Sequence record: PP596839.1
Source of the DNA: Pseudomonas phage WP1
Length of the DNA stretch: 64,000 nt
Reading direction: 5' to 3' (one strand)
Positions 63,772 through 64,000 of the stretch are shown here, one piece after another. The notes under the pieces were generated by a model. It saw nothing but the letters and a program-made list of their open reading frames with translations, did no database searches and was not told the DNA's origin. The translations under genes were made by a program, and so were the position numbers. Position 1 is the first letter of the stretch. Every line of letters begins with the position of its first letter.

Positions 63772-64000
63772 TCAAGCAAGACCTGTACAAGCAGATCGCC
63801 TTCGAGGCGATTGGCTCCGGCATCAGATGTTCGTCAAGCTTTACTGCAACGACACCATCCTGGAAGTCATCGGCGTCGAGGAGGCCCATGCTGATGGGAC
63901 GACTCGGCTGCGTTACACCGGCCACGCCGATGGTGTCGATATCCATTTCTTCATCAATGAAATCGACATTGGTGATGGTATGAGTGGCCATTCGATGTTC
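63768..64000 (+). CDS. hypothetical protein, N-terminal fragment running off window, frame break near 63830
   Basis: ATGA coupling; MIKQDLYKQIAFEAIGSGI then …MFVKLYCNDTILEVIGVEEAHADG…. Confidence 0.35.

Noticed and set aside
1-64000. Stop-codon reassignment (alternative genetic code) as the explanation for fragmented genes
   Set aside because: Breaks are frame changes, and conserved motifs reappear in a different frame, not in-frame TAG/TGA/TAA. Both TGA and TAA and TAG are used as terminators of well-defined genes.

Overview
This 64-kb window is most of a tailed dsDNA phage genome or prophage with a contractile (myovirus-like) tail, high GC, and head genes of Mu/SPP1 type.

Layout:
- Both window ends carry plus-strand early small genes driven by repeats of one sigma70-like promoter (TGCTTTACTTC-17-TAnnAT). 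Four copies are followed by an invariant 16-nt leader, CATCGAAACGCGAAAC.
- 2.1-9.4 kb, minus strand: replication-initiation genes (PrimPol-type primase, zinc-finger module, D5/P4-alpha-like SF3 helicase), next to a G/T-rich iteron-like tract.
- 9.6-26.4 kb, plus strand: DNA metabolism genes. These are an SF1 RecD/Dda-like helicase, a K/A/E-repeat protein, a Glf-like flavoenzyme, ThyX, a HAD phosphatase, a DnaQ-like exonuclease, a DnaE-type polymerase, a VRR-NUC nuclease, an SNF2 helicase, MazG and an ATP-dependent ligase.
- 26.9-53.5 kb, minus strand: late operon. These are a GH19 endolysin, tail fibers, baseplate V and J, a tape measure protein with an SLT domain, chaperone, tube, sheath, capsid, scaffold, MuF and a Mu gp29-like portal.
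- 53.5-60.0 kb: a plus-strand island with its own promoter and terminator.
- 60.06-61.5 kb, minus strand: the large terminase, separated from the portal by that island.

Non-coding features worth a second look:
- A 600-bp AT-rich region with nested inverted repeats inside the head gene cluster.
- An approximately 60-bp element shared between two distant regulatory regions.
- A 440-bp terminator-flanked non-coding buffer between the replication and late operons.

Almost every recognisable gene is broken by local frame changes, sometimes two compensating ones within 100 bp. Pervasive indel errors are the likely cause, but prophage decay is not excluded. Gene boundaries are therefore given at gene level and are approximate.
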